The notes below the pieces were generated by a model, which made no database searches, was not told the DNA's origin, and saw only the letters and a list, made by a program, of their open reading frames with translations. From Candidatus Heimdallarchaeota archaeon (lineage in GTDB: Archaea; Asgardarchaeota; Heimdallarchaeia; Heimdallarchaeales; Heimdallarchaeaceae): a DNA stretch of 40,323 nucleotides. The DNA lies in assembly GCA_019057375.1 (NCBI GenBank), contig DXJF01000089.1, positions 1 through 40,323 on the forward strand, read 5' to 3'. Below are positions 25,118 to 34,092 of this stretch, piece by piece (position 1 is the first letter of the stretch; every line of letters starts with the position of its first letter). The translations under genes and the position numbers were made by a program.

Positions 25118-27178
25118 TTAATCAGTAGTTTCTATTTCTTCTTTAATTTCTTCCTTTTTCTTAGCTGATCCACTGAATAGGAAAGCTGACAAGCTCTTAA
25201 TATCGTCCATCTTTATTTCCATATCTTCTAATTTGAAATTTTCATCTAAAATAGTTTCTTTCTTCTGAACTAGAAAACTAGCGAAGTCTTGAATATCAAC
25301 TGCGGAAAAATTTATAGAAGTATCAGTTGCACTAACTTCTTCTTGAACTGGTTCAGGAGAAGATTCTTTCATGACGACTACAGGTTCTGGTTCAGGAACA
25401 GTTTCTTCAGCAACTTCTGTTTCTGAAATAGCGTCTTGAATAATGACTTCTTCGACAACTTTTACAACTTGTGGAACTGGTGGAGCTATTGATTCCGAGG
25501 ATTCTTCGATTTTTACTTCCCTTTCTTCAACTATATCTGAAAATTGTTGTTTTAATTTCATATCTAATGATTCAGGTGAGGGAACAAGTTTTTCTTCTTT
25601 AACGATTTCCACCTTTTCAACTACTGGAGGTTCAGGCAGTTCTATAGCTTCCTCAAGTTTTTCAGGAACAGGAGGATATTCTTCAACATCTTCTTTAATA
25701 GCTTCCATAATTTCAGAGATTGGTTCTGGTTCAGGAACTTCTACAGGAGCAGAAACAATTTCTTCTGGTTCTATGGCAACCTTAGTTATCACAATTTTTT
25801 CCTTCTGGAAGAATGATTCGTCTTCTATTTGAACTGGTTCAGCTTCAACAACTGGAATCTCTTCAAAAACCTCAACGTCTTCTGCTGTGCTGGTTGGTTG
25901 AGAGACAACTTTGTCTACTAAGTCATCTACTTCTAATTCAGTTGATGGAACAACTTCAGTTACTTTTAGTGGTTCTTTCACAACTTCTGTTACAACAGGT
26001 TCAGGTTCAGGAACAATTTCTTCAGCTGGCTCGATAACTACTGTTGTTGTAGGTTCTGTCACTACCTGTTCTGTAGGTTCAGGTGGACTAACTCCTGCTG
26101 ATGATTGAGCAAATTTAAAGATCAACTGAAAGAGAAGCTCTTTTCTTTCCTCAGAAATTGGGGAAAAAGAGGTAATTATGAGATAGTTGTTTGCTAAATC
26201 GAACAACATGGCATGAACTTTACCGCTGTCAGAAGTTAGAATATCACCAGAAGGATCAATTTCTTCAGTATTATCTTTAATTCTAGATTTGAAATCGTGC
26301 AAAGCTACCAGATATTCCATAGAATTATCTGCAGAAACAGATGCATTGGAAGAAGCACCTGTAATAGGGGAATGAGTTTTCTTATCAATAAGAACTATTT
26401 CAATGATATCATAGTCTGTTAAATCAAGTTGAAAATTGAGTTTTCCAAAAGTAGGTAATAGAGGTGTTGGTTCAGGATTTAGATAATCTCTCAAAATTGC
26501 GACTTTTTCATCCTCAGCATGTTCCAAAACATAACTTTGGAATTCTTCGCTCTCTTCGACTTTTTGTCCAACATTGGAAACTAACTCAAATCTTTTTGTA
26601 TTTATTCCAGCTTCTGCCATTATAGTAAAAAGTAGTTCTCTTAAGCTATCTTTATAGTAAATACTAGTATTTTCAAAGTCAACTTCGAATCTTGTATCAG
26701 CAAACATCTCTCGAACGTGCTGGTGAATTACAACCATCTGATCAGGAGTAACTAAATCCACTTTATGGCATAAAACAGTGATATTTCCTTCAGGATTTTC
26801 TTTTTTGAATTGACGTATAGTAAAACTGAAACGCCTTTCAGACTCTTCAAATAATTCAGGTTTAGTGACATCAACAATCCATATTAACAGTTTTACATTG
26901 GAAAAAACAAGATGACGAAAATGAGTAACAGCTTCATTCCAATACGATTCTTGTCCACCAGAATCAATAATCATACTTGTTTGGTCTTCATCTAAGAATT
27001 GTCTTTGATAATGTACAGTAGCCATGTATCCGTAGACTTCCTCTGGTTCTTTATTGAAGAAGACAACATCTTTTATAGCAGTTTTTCCTGCAGCTTGAAG
27101 ACCCATTAGTATAATTTTGTCTTCAACCTCAGTTACACTTCCTTTCTTGCCAGATAATTCGTCGAAGAGATAGGACAC
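25118..27178 (-). CDS. Rag/Gtr-like GTPase with roadblock-like domain and a long acidic E/P/V-rich tail
   Basis: MGLQAAGKTAIKDVVF, MAT, IDSGGQESYW, VFSNVKLLIWIVD, G4 HKVD, TSIY; EIVLIDKKTHSPIT...YLIITSF; then a low-complexity tail. GTG start. Confidence 0.85.
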   Translation of the reverse strand: MSYLFDELSGKKGSVTEVEDKIILMGLQAAGKTAIKDVVFFNKEPEEVYGYMATVHYQRQFLDEDQTSMIIDSGGQESYWNEAVTHFRHLVFSNVKLLIWIVDVTKPELFEESERRFSFTIRQFKKENPEGNITVLCHKVDLVTPDQMVVIHQHVREMFADTRFEVDFENTSIYYKDSLRELLFTIMAEAGINTKRFELVSNVGQKVEESEEFQSYVLEHAEDEKVAILRDYLNPEPTPLLPTFGKLNFQLDLTDYDIIEIVLIDKKTHSPITGASSNASVSADNSMEYLVALHDFKSRIKDNTEEIDPSGDILTSDSGKVHAMLFDLANNYLIITSFSPISEERKELLFQLIFKFAQSSAGVSPPEPTEQVVTEPTTTVVIEPAEEIVPEPEPVVTEVVKEPLKVTEVVPSTELEVDDLVDKVVSQPTSTAEDVEVFEEIPVVEAEPVQIEDESFFQKEKIVITKVAIEPEEIVSAPVEVPEPEPISEIMEAIKEDVEEYPPVPEKLEEAIELPEPPVVEKVEIVKEEKLVPSPESLDMKLKQQFSDIVEEREVKIEESSESIAPPVPQVVKVVEEVIIQDAISETEVAEETVPEPEPVVVMKESSPEPVQEEVSATDTSINFSAVDIQDFASFLVQKKETILDENFKLEDMEIKMDDIKSLSAFLFSGSAKKKEEIKEEIETTD
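25300..26090 (-). repeat. Low-complexity Glu/Pro/Val-rich coding region with recurring EPEPV / EPEEI / PEP motifs
   Basis: Translation such as EPAEEIVPEPEPVVTE, EVPEPEPISE, VPEPEPVVV; on the + strand GGTTC(A/T)GG recurs. Confidence 0.75.
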
Positions 27179-27287
27179 GAGTTTTTTCCCCTTGTTATAA
27201 CTATTAAATAGTATCTATAAGTAATAAACAGAAAAATTGCATATCAACATATCGTTATTGGTCATGGGAAATTAGGAAGAGGAGGGA

Positions 27288-30200
27288 TTAATCTCCATTT
27301 TGTAACTTTTCCATTTCTTGTGCAGCAAGCATAATAATTACAGATTGTTTTCGAATATCAACTATAATATCTTCAACAACTTTGAGATTTTTCTTAGATT
27401 TCAAATCATCAATTAGATCATCAACATTCCCATAAAGATATTCTTGATAGTTAAGTAGTAAATTACCATACTCAGAATCTGCTAGAACAATAAGAGAAAG
27501 ATTTTCGAACCCTCCTCTAGCCATTTTATTTTCTAGCTGAACACCATGAACAAAAGCTACCATCTTCTCTGTTGGAAGAATAATTGACCCTACTCTTCTA
27601 CCTGCATCATGTTCCTCAAAACCAAGTGAGCTATATGCTTGATCAGCTATTTTAAGAAGGAAATTTTCAACGCCAATTCTCATCCTATTGATATATCGCC
27701 CAATATCTAAACTATGGTCAGAAACTAATGGAATCGGTCCTTTTCTCTGATCGAAAATCGTTAGAATGACTCCTGGTGACATAATCGAATAATTTAATGC
27801 TATATCTTCGTCTGTAACTCTTTCCATCAATTCTTCAAATGATTTAGGTCGAGTAACTTTATAAATTATGAAAGATATCAGAGCAGCTACTCCTATGCTT
27901 CCACCAATGATTAGATAAAGTAACCATCGAGGGAATTTTGTTGCTTCAGGTGGTGGAAATGTTATGACTATATCCTCCACATCAAAAGTAATGGAATCCA
28001 TTGTAGGAGTTTCATTGAAACCAGCAGATATTCGTATATAGTCAATATTTGATTCAAGTACATATGAAATTGAAGCTATCCCTTCTTCATTAGTGAAATA
28101 AGAATCAAAGAATGTATCGTTATAATCAGTGAATTGGAACTTAACTAAAGAAGGAGAATCTACACTGTCATTCTTCCAATAGATGAAAATGTAGAAATGA
28201 ATTTCTGCTAAGGAAATTGGTGTTCCATCCGTTAGTGTAAGATTCGCATAAATCGTTACCGCGGTTCCTTCTAGAATCGTAGAATTGGAAACCCAGACAT
28301 TAAAGAGTATTGGAATAGGCTTTATTTCAAAATCAAAAGCTGTTGTAGAAGTTGTATTAGCAAAATAGAATAAAGATTCAACACAAATTATAAGCGAGAA
28401 ATTTCCCTTACTATTTAATGGTATAGAAGAATAAATAAAAGTACAGATTGAAGTAATCGAATCAAAAGTGAAATCAAATGAAGTCTCATTAACAAATAAT
28501 TTAGTAATTGTTGTCTTTTGTCCTAGATTATTTTCAAGATACAAGGATATTTGGAGGTCTTCTCCGTATATGACACTAGAATCACTTTCCTCCAAGATAG
28601 TAGAATTACCTTCTTTCTTCAGAATTGTGAGATAGAGTCTTGTAGATGTTCCTCCACCAGTTGGTCTTGAAAATTGAATAAATACCTGAGTTTCTTTTAT
28701 GAAAGAAACATTTGTTGCATGAACTTCAATCTCATAAATACTAGTAGTGTTAGTTACTTTGACTGTCAAATTTAGTGATACATCTTGTATTACGGTATAG
28801 TAAAGGTCATCTATTTGATATAGGCTTGAGTTCAATACTTCAACTTGGTAAACAAAAGTGTCATTATATGTCAACACATGGTGATAGTCATTTGTGAAAT
28901 TTGCAGGGAATATAAAATTGAGTTTAATATCACTTACCCTGAATATATATATATGAGTTACATTGTTTGTTGAATGACTCCAAGTATTGTCAACGAATGT
29001 TATTGTTAAATTATGATCTCCATCTGTTAGAGGTACAGAGCTAAAATAAAATGGGGGGTCAGAAATAGTGTTTAACTCTCCTGAATCCCAATTATAAGAG
29101 ATATAATCAATATCAGAATCTAAAGTTTTGTTAAACCACAGAGTAGTATTCCCTTGTACATTTATTATTGTATTAGGTTCAATATATTCTAGATGCAGAC
29201 TTGTTTCATTATAGAAGTAAATATCACCAATTGGTGGGGCAAAATCTATTTCAAAAGTGTAATTATACAATGCAAGATTTCCTAGTATATCACTTGCTTC
29301 AATAGTAACTGTGGCAAACTCACCTGTAGCATAGAGTGGTGATAATAATCCAAGATTTGTAACAAAGTCAAAAGAAGGATAAGACCAAAAACCTGGTAGA
29401 GCATCCCAGAAATATCTAATGCTATTAATTGTAGCTTCATTTTCATCGTTTGAATCAAAAGACAATAGTGAATATTCATTAACTTTAGTCAGATTTGTAG
29501 GATCTGTGAGATCAGCATTAGGGGCTAGGCTGTCAATTATTAAGTTGTAAGATATCATTCTTTCATTTCCCAACGTGTCATTAGCATAGATTTTTACAAC
29601 TAATGGTCCATCAGAATCACTCAATATGATACTGTCGGTGAAGGGAATTTTTAGTCCGCCATAGATTCTATAATAACTGTAAGTTGTTTCATCATCATCA
29701 GTTATAGTTACTTGAACCAAAGCATCAGCTGGAACATACAAATTTCCATCAACTAAACTATAATCCACCAATTCAGGAATTGTGATGGTTAGATCTGGTT
29801 CTGTTGTATCTATGGTGAATCTTATGTTCTGATAAGCTATGTTTCCAGCTAAATCTCGAACTCTTAAATCCAAAGTATGAAAACCATCTGCATATGGTAA
29901 AAGAGAGAAAACAAAATCATAAAATAAGTTCTTGAAAATTTTTCCATCAATTGAATATTCAATTACTAGGGTTGTATTATCAGTAATGAAATTATCTTCT
30001 ACACAGATAAAAAAATTCGCATTACTAAGATATCGTGAATTATTGTAACTTTGAAAATTACTTATAACGGGTGCAGTTCTATCAACTATGAATGTGAAAT
30101 TAAAGATATGTTGATCATCTGTTAAATTGAAAGTTCTTATTGTTAACTTATTGGTTCCTTCAATTATAGGTATTGTATCTTCACCACTTAGAACCAGTGA

Positions 30201-32057
30201 GGTAGTAGTTAAAGATTCATAGGTTTCGTCACCAGAATTCCAGCTGTAATAACAGTTAGTATTACTCCTTTGTATTATTAATTCAACATCATTTCCACCT
30301 TGAACATACTGCCCATCATTTAAATTGACTAAATCTACGTTGAAAAAAGTGTCATCTGCCCAAAATTCAAAATAAGAATATGAAATATGATTAAAAACAT
30401 CTTCTACATATACTTTTAATATTCTTTTACCTATACTAATTGGTAAATCAGTTGTGTAAACATTACTTGGTACTTCTGTCCAGCTCTGATTTGCTCCAGA
30501 ATCCCAACTATAGTTTAAATAGCTAAATGTTGAGCTATCAGTAATTTTCAATTCTATATTCTTACCTGGAACATAGAAACTCTCATTTACAACATTATAG
30601 AGAGAGATAATTGGAGTATCTGAATCAAATTCAAAAATATAGAAATAAGATTTAGTCTCATAGAAATCTGATGTTGTTAGATTTAAATCGTGCCATCCAT
30701 TGAACATATCCGTAACTAAATCATAAGGAGATAGTAGTGGAAATTGCGTTCCACTTGAATCCCACTCATACATAACTGTACTAACATTGAAAATGCTGAA
30801 ATCTAGTATAAATCCACCTTCTAACCTATCTGAACTCACCGCATTATTCAGAATAAGATTTTCAGCTGATGCATCATAACCTAGTTTATACATTGTAGTG
30901 TTTGTATTTCCAAAATCTGGATCACTTGCATTGATCTCCAGATAATGCCACCCATGTATATCAGGAATTTGTGTAGTAGTATTATCTGAGAAGGGATTCC
31001 ATGTACCTCCATCCCATCTATACGAACTGACTGACCCTAGAGTCACATCAATTGCTACATTCTGTTGAGTACCATAAACTGTTTCGTTTGTGACACCATA
31101 AACATCAATATCAGGAAATTCTTTCGAACGTAAATATAGTTGAACTCCCGTCATTCTTTGATTATTATCTAAAGTATAAGTATTCCCATAAGTAGGATCA
31201 CTGATAGTCCAAATAAGAGTACCACTGATTCCACCAGCTGGATATCCTGTGTACATTAATAATGAATAACTAGATGGAATTGTGTCGTACATATATTCTA
31301 TGTCATATTTTAATCTATATCCTGCAGGAATTGTATAGGTGCCTGTTATCTCAGAAGAAAATGTTCTCTGTGTTAGAGTTGTATTAACAGGTACGTTAGT
31401 GGTAGTAGAAGTCAATTCAACAGATGATTTATCTGCAGGGTTAAATAAATGCACACTAAATTTCATTGTTATCGCGATGTAATCAGAGAAATATACCCCA
31501 TCATTTGTTCTGATATAAGTTAAATAATACACTCTTCCGCTAATTTCCCAATCTTCAGTAAAGACTGGACTGAACATTTTTGAAGGCTCAGAAGGAAAAT
31601 TTCTCTCCCTTAAGTGATGCCATTCTCCTGCAGAGCTAGGATGAGTAATTGGGTCAGTACTTATAGATCTCCAATAGAGCTCTTTAGGTATGTGTCCTCC
31701 ATCTTTAACTTCATCATAAGTAACCCATTCTATAACATTAGGATAGTAAGCTGTATCATTATTGTCTGGTTCATTTGGATATTCTGGCTCATCTATCAAG
31801 TCGTTTCCTGCTTCCGTTCCTCCCCCGCTGAAGAATGCGAATGTTTGGAAATCTCCTGGAATCAAATCTTTTTTTATCAAAAATGAATCATCTTTCAGAT
31901 AATAATCACTATCGAGATTTGAATCATCTTGTGGAACTAGCTCATTAATTGGATTATTATTACTCAGGTCTACATCCTGGATTTCATAATAAATTATTGA
32001 ATTAAAACATAATACAATTAGAAGGATTGACATTAAAGATGATTCTTTTCTTTTCAT
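27288..32057 (-). CDS. 1589-aa receptor-like surface protein: signal peptide, tandem Ig-like repeats, single TM helix, cytoplasmic uDENN/longin-like domain
   Basis: N-terminal hydrophobic ILLIVLCFNSII; many N-x-S/T sequons; repeats of Y-x-W-D/N...G-x-H-x-L-x-I-x-A-x-D; TM WLLYLIIGGSIGVAALISFIIY (about 27861-27926); cytoplasmic GVILTIFDQRKGPIPL...ARGGFENLSLIVL. Confidence 0.8.
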   Translation of the reverse strand: MKRKESSLMSILLIVLCFNSIIYYEIQDVDLSNNNPINELVPQDDSNLDSDYYLKDDSFLIKKDLIPGDFQTFAFFSGGGTEAGNDLIDEPEYPNEPDNNDTAYYPNVIEWVTYDEVKDGGHIPKELYWRSISTDPITHPSSAGEWHHLRERNFPSEPSKMFSPVFTEDWEISGRVYYLTYIRTNDGVYFSDYIAITMKFSVHLFNPADKSSVELTSTTTNVPVNTTLTQRTFSSEITGTYTIPAGYRLKYDIEYMYDTIPSSYSLLMYTGYPAGGISGTLIWTISDPTYGNTYTLDNNQRMTGVQLYLRSKEFPDIDVYGVTNETVYGTQQNVAIDVTLGSVSSYRWDGGTWNPFSDNTTTQIPDIHGWHYLEINASDPDFGNTNTTMYKLGYDASAENLILNNAVSSDRLEGGFILDFSIFNVSTVMYEWDSSGTQFPLLSPYDLVTDMFNGWHDLNLTTSDFYETKSYFYIFEFDSDTPIISLYNVVNESFYVPGKNIELKITDSSTFSYLNYSWDSGANQSWTEVPSNVYTTDLPISIGKRILKVYVEDVFNHISYSYFEFWADDTFFNVDLVNLNDGQYVQGGNDVELIIQRSNTNCYYSWNSGDETYESLTTTSLVLSGEDTIPIIEGTNKLTIRTFNLTDDQHIFNFTFIVDRTAPVISNFQSYNNSRYLSNANFFICVEDNFITDNTTLVIEYSIDGKIFKNLFYDFVFSLLPYADGFHTLDLRVRDLAGNIAYQNIRFTIDTTEPDLTITIPELVDYSLVDGNLYVPADALVQVTITDDDETTYSYYRIYGGLKIPFTDSIILSDSDGPLVVKIYANDTLGNERMISYNLIIDSLAPNADLTDPTNLTKVNEYSLLSFDSNDENEATINSIRYFWDALPGFWSYPSFDFVTNLGLLSPLYATGEFATVTIEASDILGNLALYNYTFEIDFAPPIGDIYFYNETSLHLEYIEPNTIINVQGNTTLWFNKTLDSDIDYISYNWDSGELNTISDPPFYFSSVPLTDGDHNLTITFVDNTWSHSTNNVTHIYIFRVSDIKLNFIFPANFTNDYHHVLTYNDTFVYQVEVLNSSLYQIDDLYYTVIQDVSLNLTVKVTNTTSIYEIEVHATNVSFIKETQVFIQFSRPTGGGTSTRLYLTILKKEGNSTILEESDSSVIYGEDLQISLYLENNLGQKTTITKLFVNETSFDFTFDSITSICTFIYSSIPLNSKGNFSLIICVESLFYFANTTSTTAFDFEIKPIPILFNVWVSNSTILEGTAVTIYANLTLTDGTPISLAEIHFYIFIYWKNDSVDSPSLVKFQFTDYNDTFFDSYFTNEEGIASISYVLESNIDYIRISAGFNETPTMDSITFDVEDIVITFPPPEATKFPRWLLYLIIGGSIGVAALISFIIYKVTRPKSFEELMERVTDEDIALNYSIMSPGVILTIFDQRKGPIPLVSDHSLDIGRYINRMRIGVENFLLKIADQAYSSLGFEEHDAGRRVGSIILPTEKMVAFVHGVQLENKMARGGFENLSLIVLADSEYGNLLLNYQEYLYGNVDDLIDDLKSKKNLKVVEDIIVDIRKQSVIIMLAAQEMEKLQNGD
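28945..31120 (-). repeat. About eight degenerate tandem Ig-like repeats (~85-95 aa each) in the surface protein
   Basis: Cores: YRWDGG..GWHYLEINASD; YEWDSS..GWHDLNLTTSD; YSWDSG..GKRILKVYVED; YSWNSG..GTNKLTIRTFN; YSIDG..GFHTLDLRVRDLAGN; YRIYGG..GPLVVKIYANDTLGN; YFWDA..VTIEASDILGN; YNWDSG..GDHNLTITFVD. Confidence 0.75.
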
Positions 32058-32059
32058 TT

Positions 32060-32842
32060 CTACTTCCTCAATTCATTTTCTATATTGCTTATTTTTCCTA
32101 AATTTTGAGTTTCTAAACTCAGGTTTTCACTTATTATTTGTCTAATATCAAAGGATCTAAAGAAGCAATCAGTTATTTCTTCTTGGAATTCTGGAATTCC
32201 TTCTTGTGTCATATTTGATATTTTAATTGGAATGATTCTATCTAGATCAATATTAACCCCAATTCTCTCTTCAACATGGTTTGAGATGAATTTTCTACCT
32301 GCTTCTATTTCTTCTTCTTTAACAATTATTGTATCTTCTTGATCTAGATGTGTGCCTAATAAAACAATATTTGTATATTCTTTTATTAGCTCTTGTTCAA
32401 TAGCTCTATTCAGCCAGTATTCAAGATTTTGGAAAGTAGTTATGTTGTTAAGATTATAAGTTAGAACTAACACAATAACCTCATTTATAGACCTAATATC
32501 AAAGTATAAGTCTAAAGCATCTTCAAAAGCTAACCCTGTTCCTTTTTCAGCTTTTCCTTTTTGTCCAGGCATAATGAAAAGTTGAGAACTAATAGTAACC
32601 CTAAATTTTTCAATATTCGAATGAGCAATGAAATATTCAAACTCTAGATTAATAGATTTAGAAATTGTTTGACATCGTGCATTTATAAAACCTCCCTGCC
32701 TAAAACTAGACAAATTCAATGCTGCGTGCGTTTTTCCAGTATGACCATCACCTATGAAAACCACTCCACCTGTACATGTTATATCAGATTCATTACATCG
32801 AATAAGACGTTGAATTTCGTATTTTGGTTTCATAGACAACAA
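32060..32842 (-). CDS. Divergent small GTPase (Rab/Roc-like)
   Basis: G1 GDGHTGKT, G3 position FIMPGQ (no Asp), VLVLTYN, G4 LLGTHLD, G5 ISNMTQEGI. Confidence 0.72.
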   Translation of the reverse strand: MLSMKPKYEIQRLIRCNESDITCTGGVVFIGDGHTGKTHAALNLSSFRQGGFINARCQTISKSINLEFEYFIAHSNIEKFRVTISSQLFIMPGQKGKAEKGTGLAFEDALDLYFDIRSINEVIVLVLTYNLNNITTFQNLEYWLNRAIEQELIKEYTNIVLLGTHLDQEDTIIVKEEEIEAGRKFISNHVEERIGVNIDLDRIIPIKISNMTQEGIPEFQEEITDCFFRSFDIRQIISENLSLETQNLGKISNIENELRK

Positions 32843-32933
32843 CTAAATGATGGTATTGAACTAATCTAAAAATGTGATTTTTCGAATATAATAACTATTC
32901 GTTATTGCAACACACATTTGAGTGATAAGGAGG

Positions 32934-34088
32934 TTACTTTAGTTTTTCAATTTTTCCAAAATCCCTCTCCAAAGAGAGTTCCTCTAGGATTCTATCATCT
33001 GATGGGGATGTTTTTTCCATTACCATCCTTGCAAGTAATTCTCCTAAACCTGGACCTAGCATAAATCCTTGACCACACATCCCTACTGCATTGATATATC
33101 CTTCAAGATAAGTTACTTTGCCTACAATTGGAGAGCCATCAGGTGTCATGGGGTAAAGTCCTCTCCAGGTTCTTCTCATTTTCAAGTGTTTTGTCCTGGG
33201 TATAAGACCAATAAGCCTTTGTGAGACTTGCGGTAGAAAGGCTGATGTTTCATTTTCATTTATTCCAGGTATAATTGGTTCTGGTGTAAGGCATAGAATA
33301 AACTTGCCTTCTATATTTTGGTAGAAATAGAAGTTTTTGGTTCCTTCACCAGGTCTTAAATCTACAACTAGAGGATAAATGAATTTCTGAACAGGCTCAC
33401 TGATACCAGATTCGTGTGAGTCTGGAAATATTGGTAAATTGAGTCCAACCATTTCACCTATTTGTTTAGCTGAAGCTCCAGCTGCATTAATAATAAAATC
33501 TGTTTCATACGCACTCTTATTTGTAATAACTTTCTTAATAGGTCCATTCTTGAGTTCAACATTTGTCACAGATTCCTTAAAGAAATATTCAGCTCCAGTA
33601 GTAAGAGATTGTTTTTGAATGGCATAAAGAGTTTTTAGTGGAGAAGAGTTTCCATCTTCAGGAGAATACGTTCCCCCTAGAAGACCCTCTTTGCTGATTC
33701 CTGGTACTAACTCAATGATTTTCTCTTTATCTACCCAATTAATGTTTAGTCCTGATTCTTTTTGGATGACCAGATTTTCTTTCATGAGTTGTTCATGAGC
33801 TTCATTATATGCAACAAATGTATAACCACCTTGGAACCATTCTATATCATGACCGTGTCTGACCTCCCAATTAGAGAGGATATCTATTGAATCTTGACAT
33901 AAGATTATTTTTGAAGGATTGGTATGAGTGGCTCTTATTCCTCCAATAGCTTTCTTGTTCTGACCTTGGCCTGCTGAAGGAAGTGATTCTATAACTGCAA
34001 CCTTCAACCCTTCTCTAGACATTGCATAAGCTGCTGGAACACCTACACTACCTGCACCAATAATTATGACATCGTATCTCTTAGTCAT
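32934..34088 (-). CDS. DAO-family FAD oxidoreductase (sarcosine oxidase beta / dye-linked proline dehydrogenase beta-like)
   Basis: IIGAGSVG, INAAGA, RTWRGLYPMTPDGSPIVG, GMCGQGFMLGPGLG. Confidence 0.88.
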   Translation of the reverse strand: MTKRYDVIIIGAGSVGVPAAYAMSREGLKVAVIESLPSAGQGQNKKAIGGIRATHTNPSKIILCQDSIDILSNWEVRHGHDIEWFQGGYTFVAYNEAHEQLMKENLVIQKESGLNINWVDKEKIIELVPGISKEGLLGGTYSPEDGNSSPLKTLYAIQKQSLTTGAEYFFKESVTNVELKNGPIKKVITNKSAYETDFIINAAGASAKQIGEMVGLNLPIFPDSHESGISEPVQKFIYPLVVDLRPGEGTKNFYFYQNIEGKFILCLTPEPIIPGINENETSAFLPQVSQRLIGLIPRTKHLKMRRTWRGLYPMTPDGSPIVGKVTYLEGYINAVGMCGQGFMLGPGLGELLARMVMEKTSPSDDRILEELSLERDFGKIEKLK

Positions 34089-34092
34089 ATTA

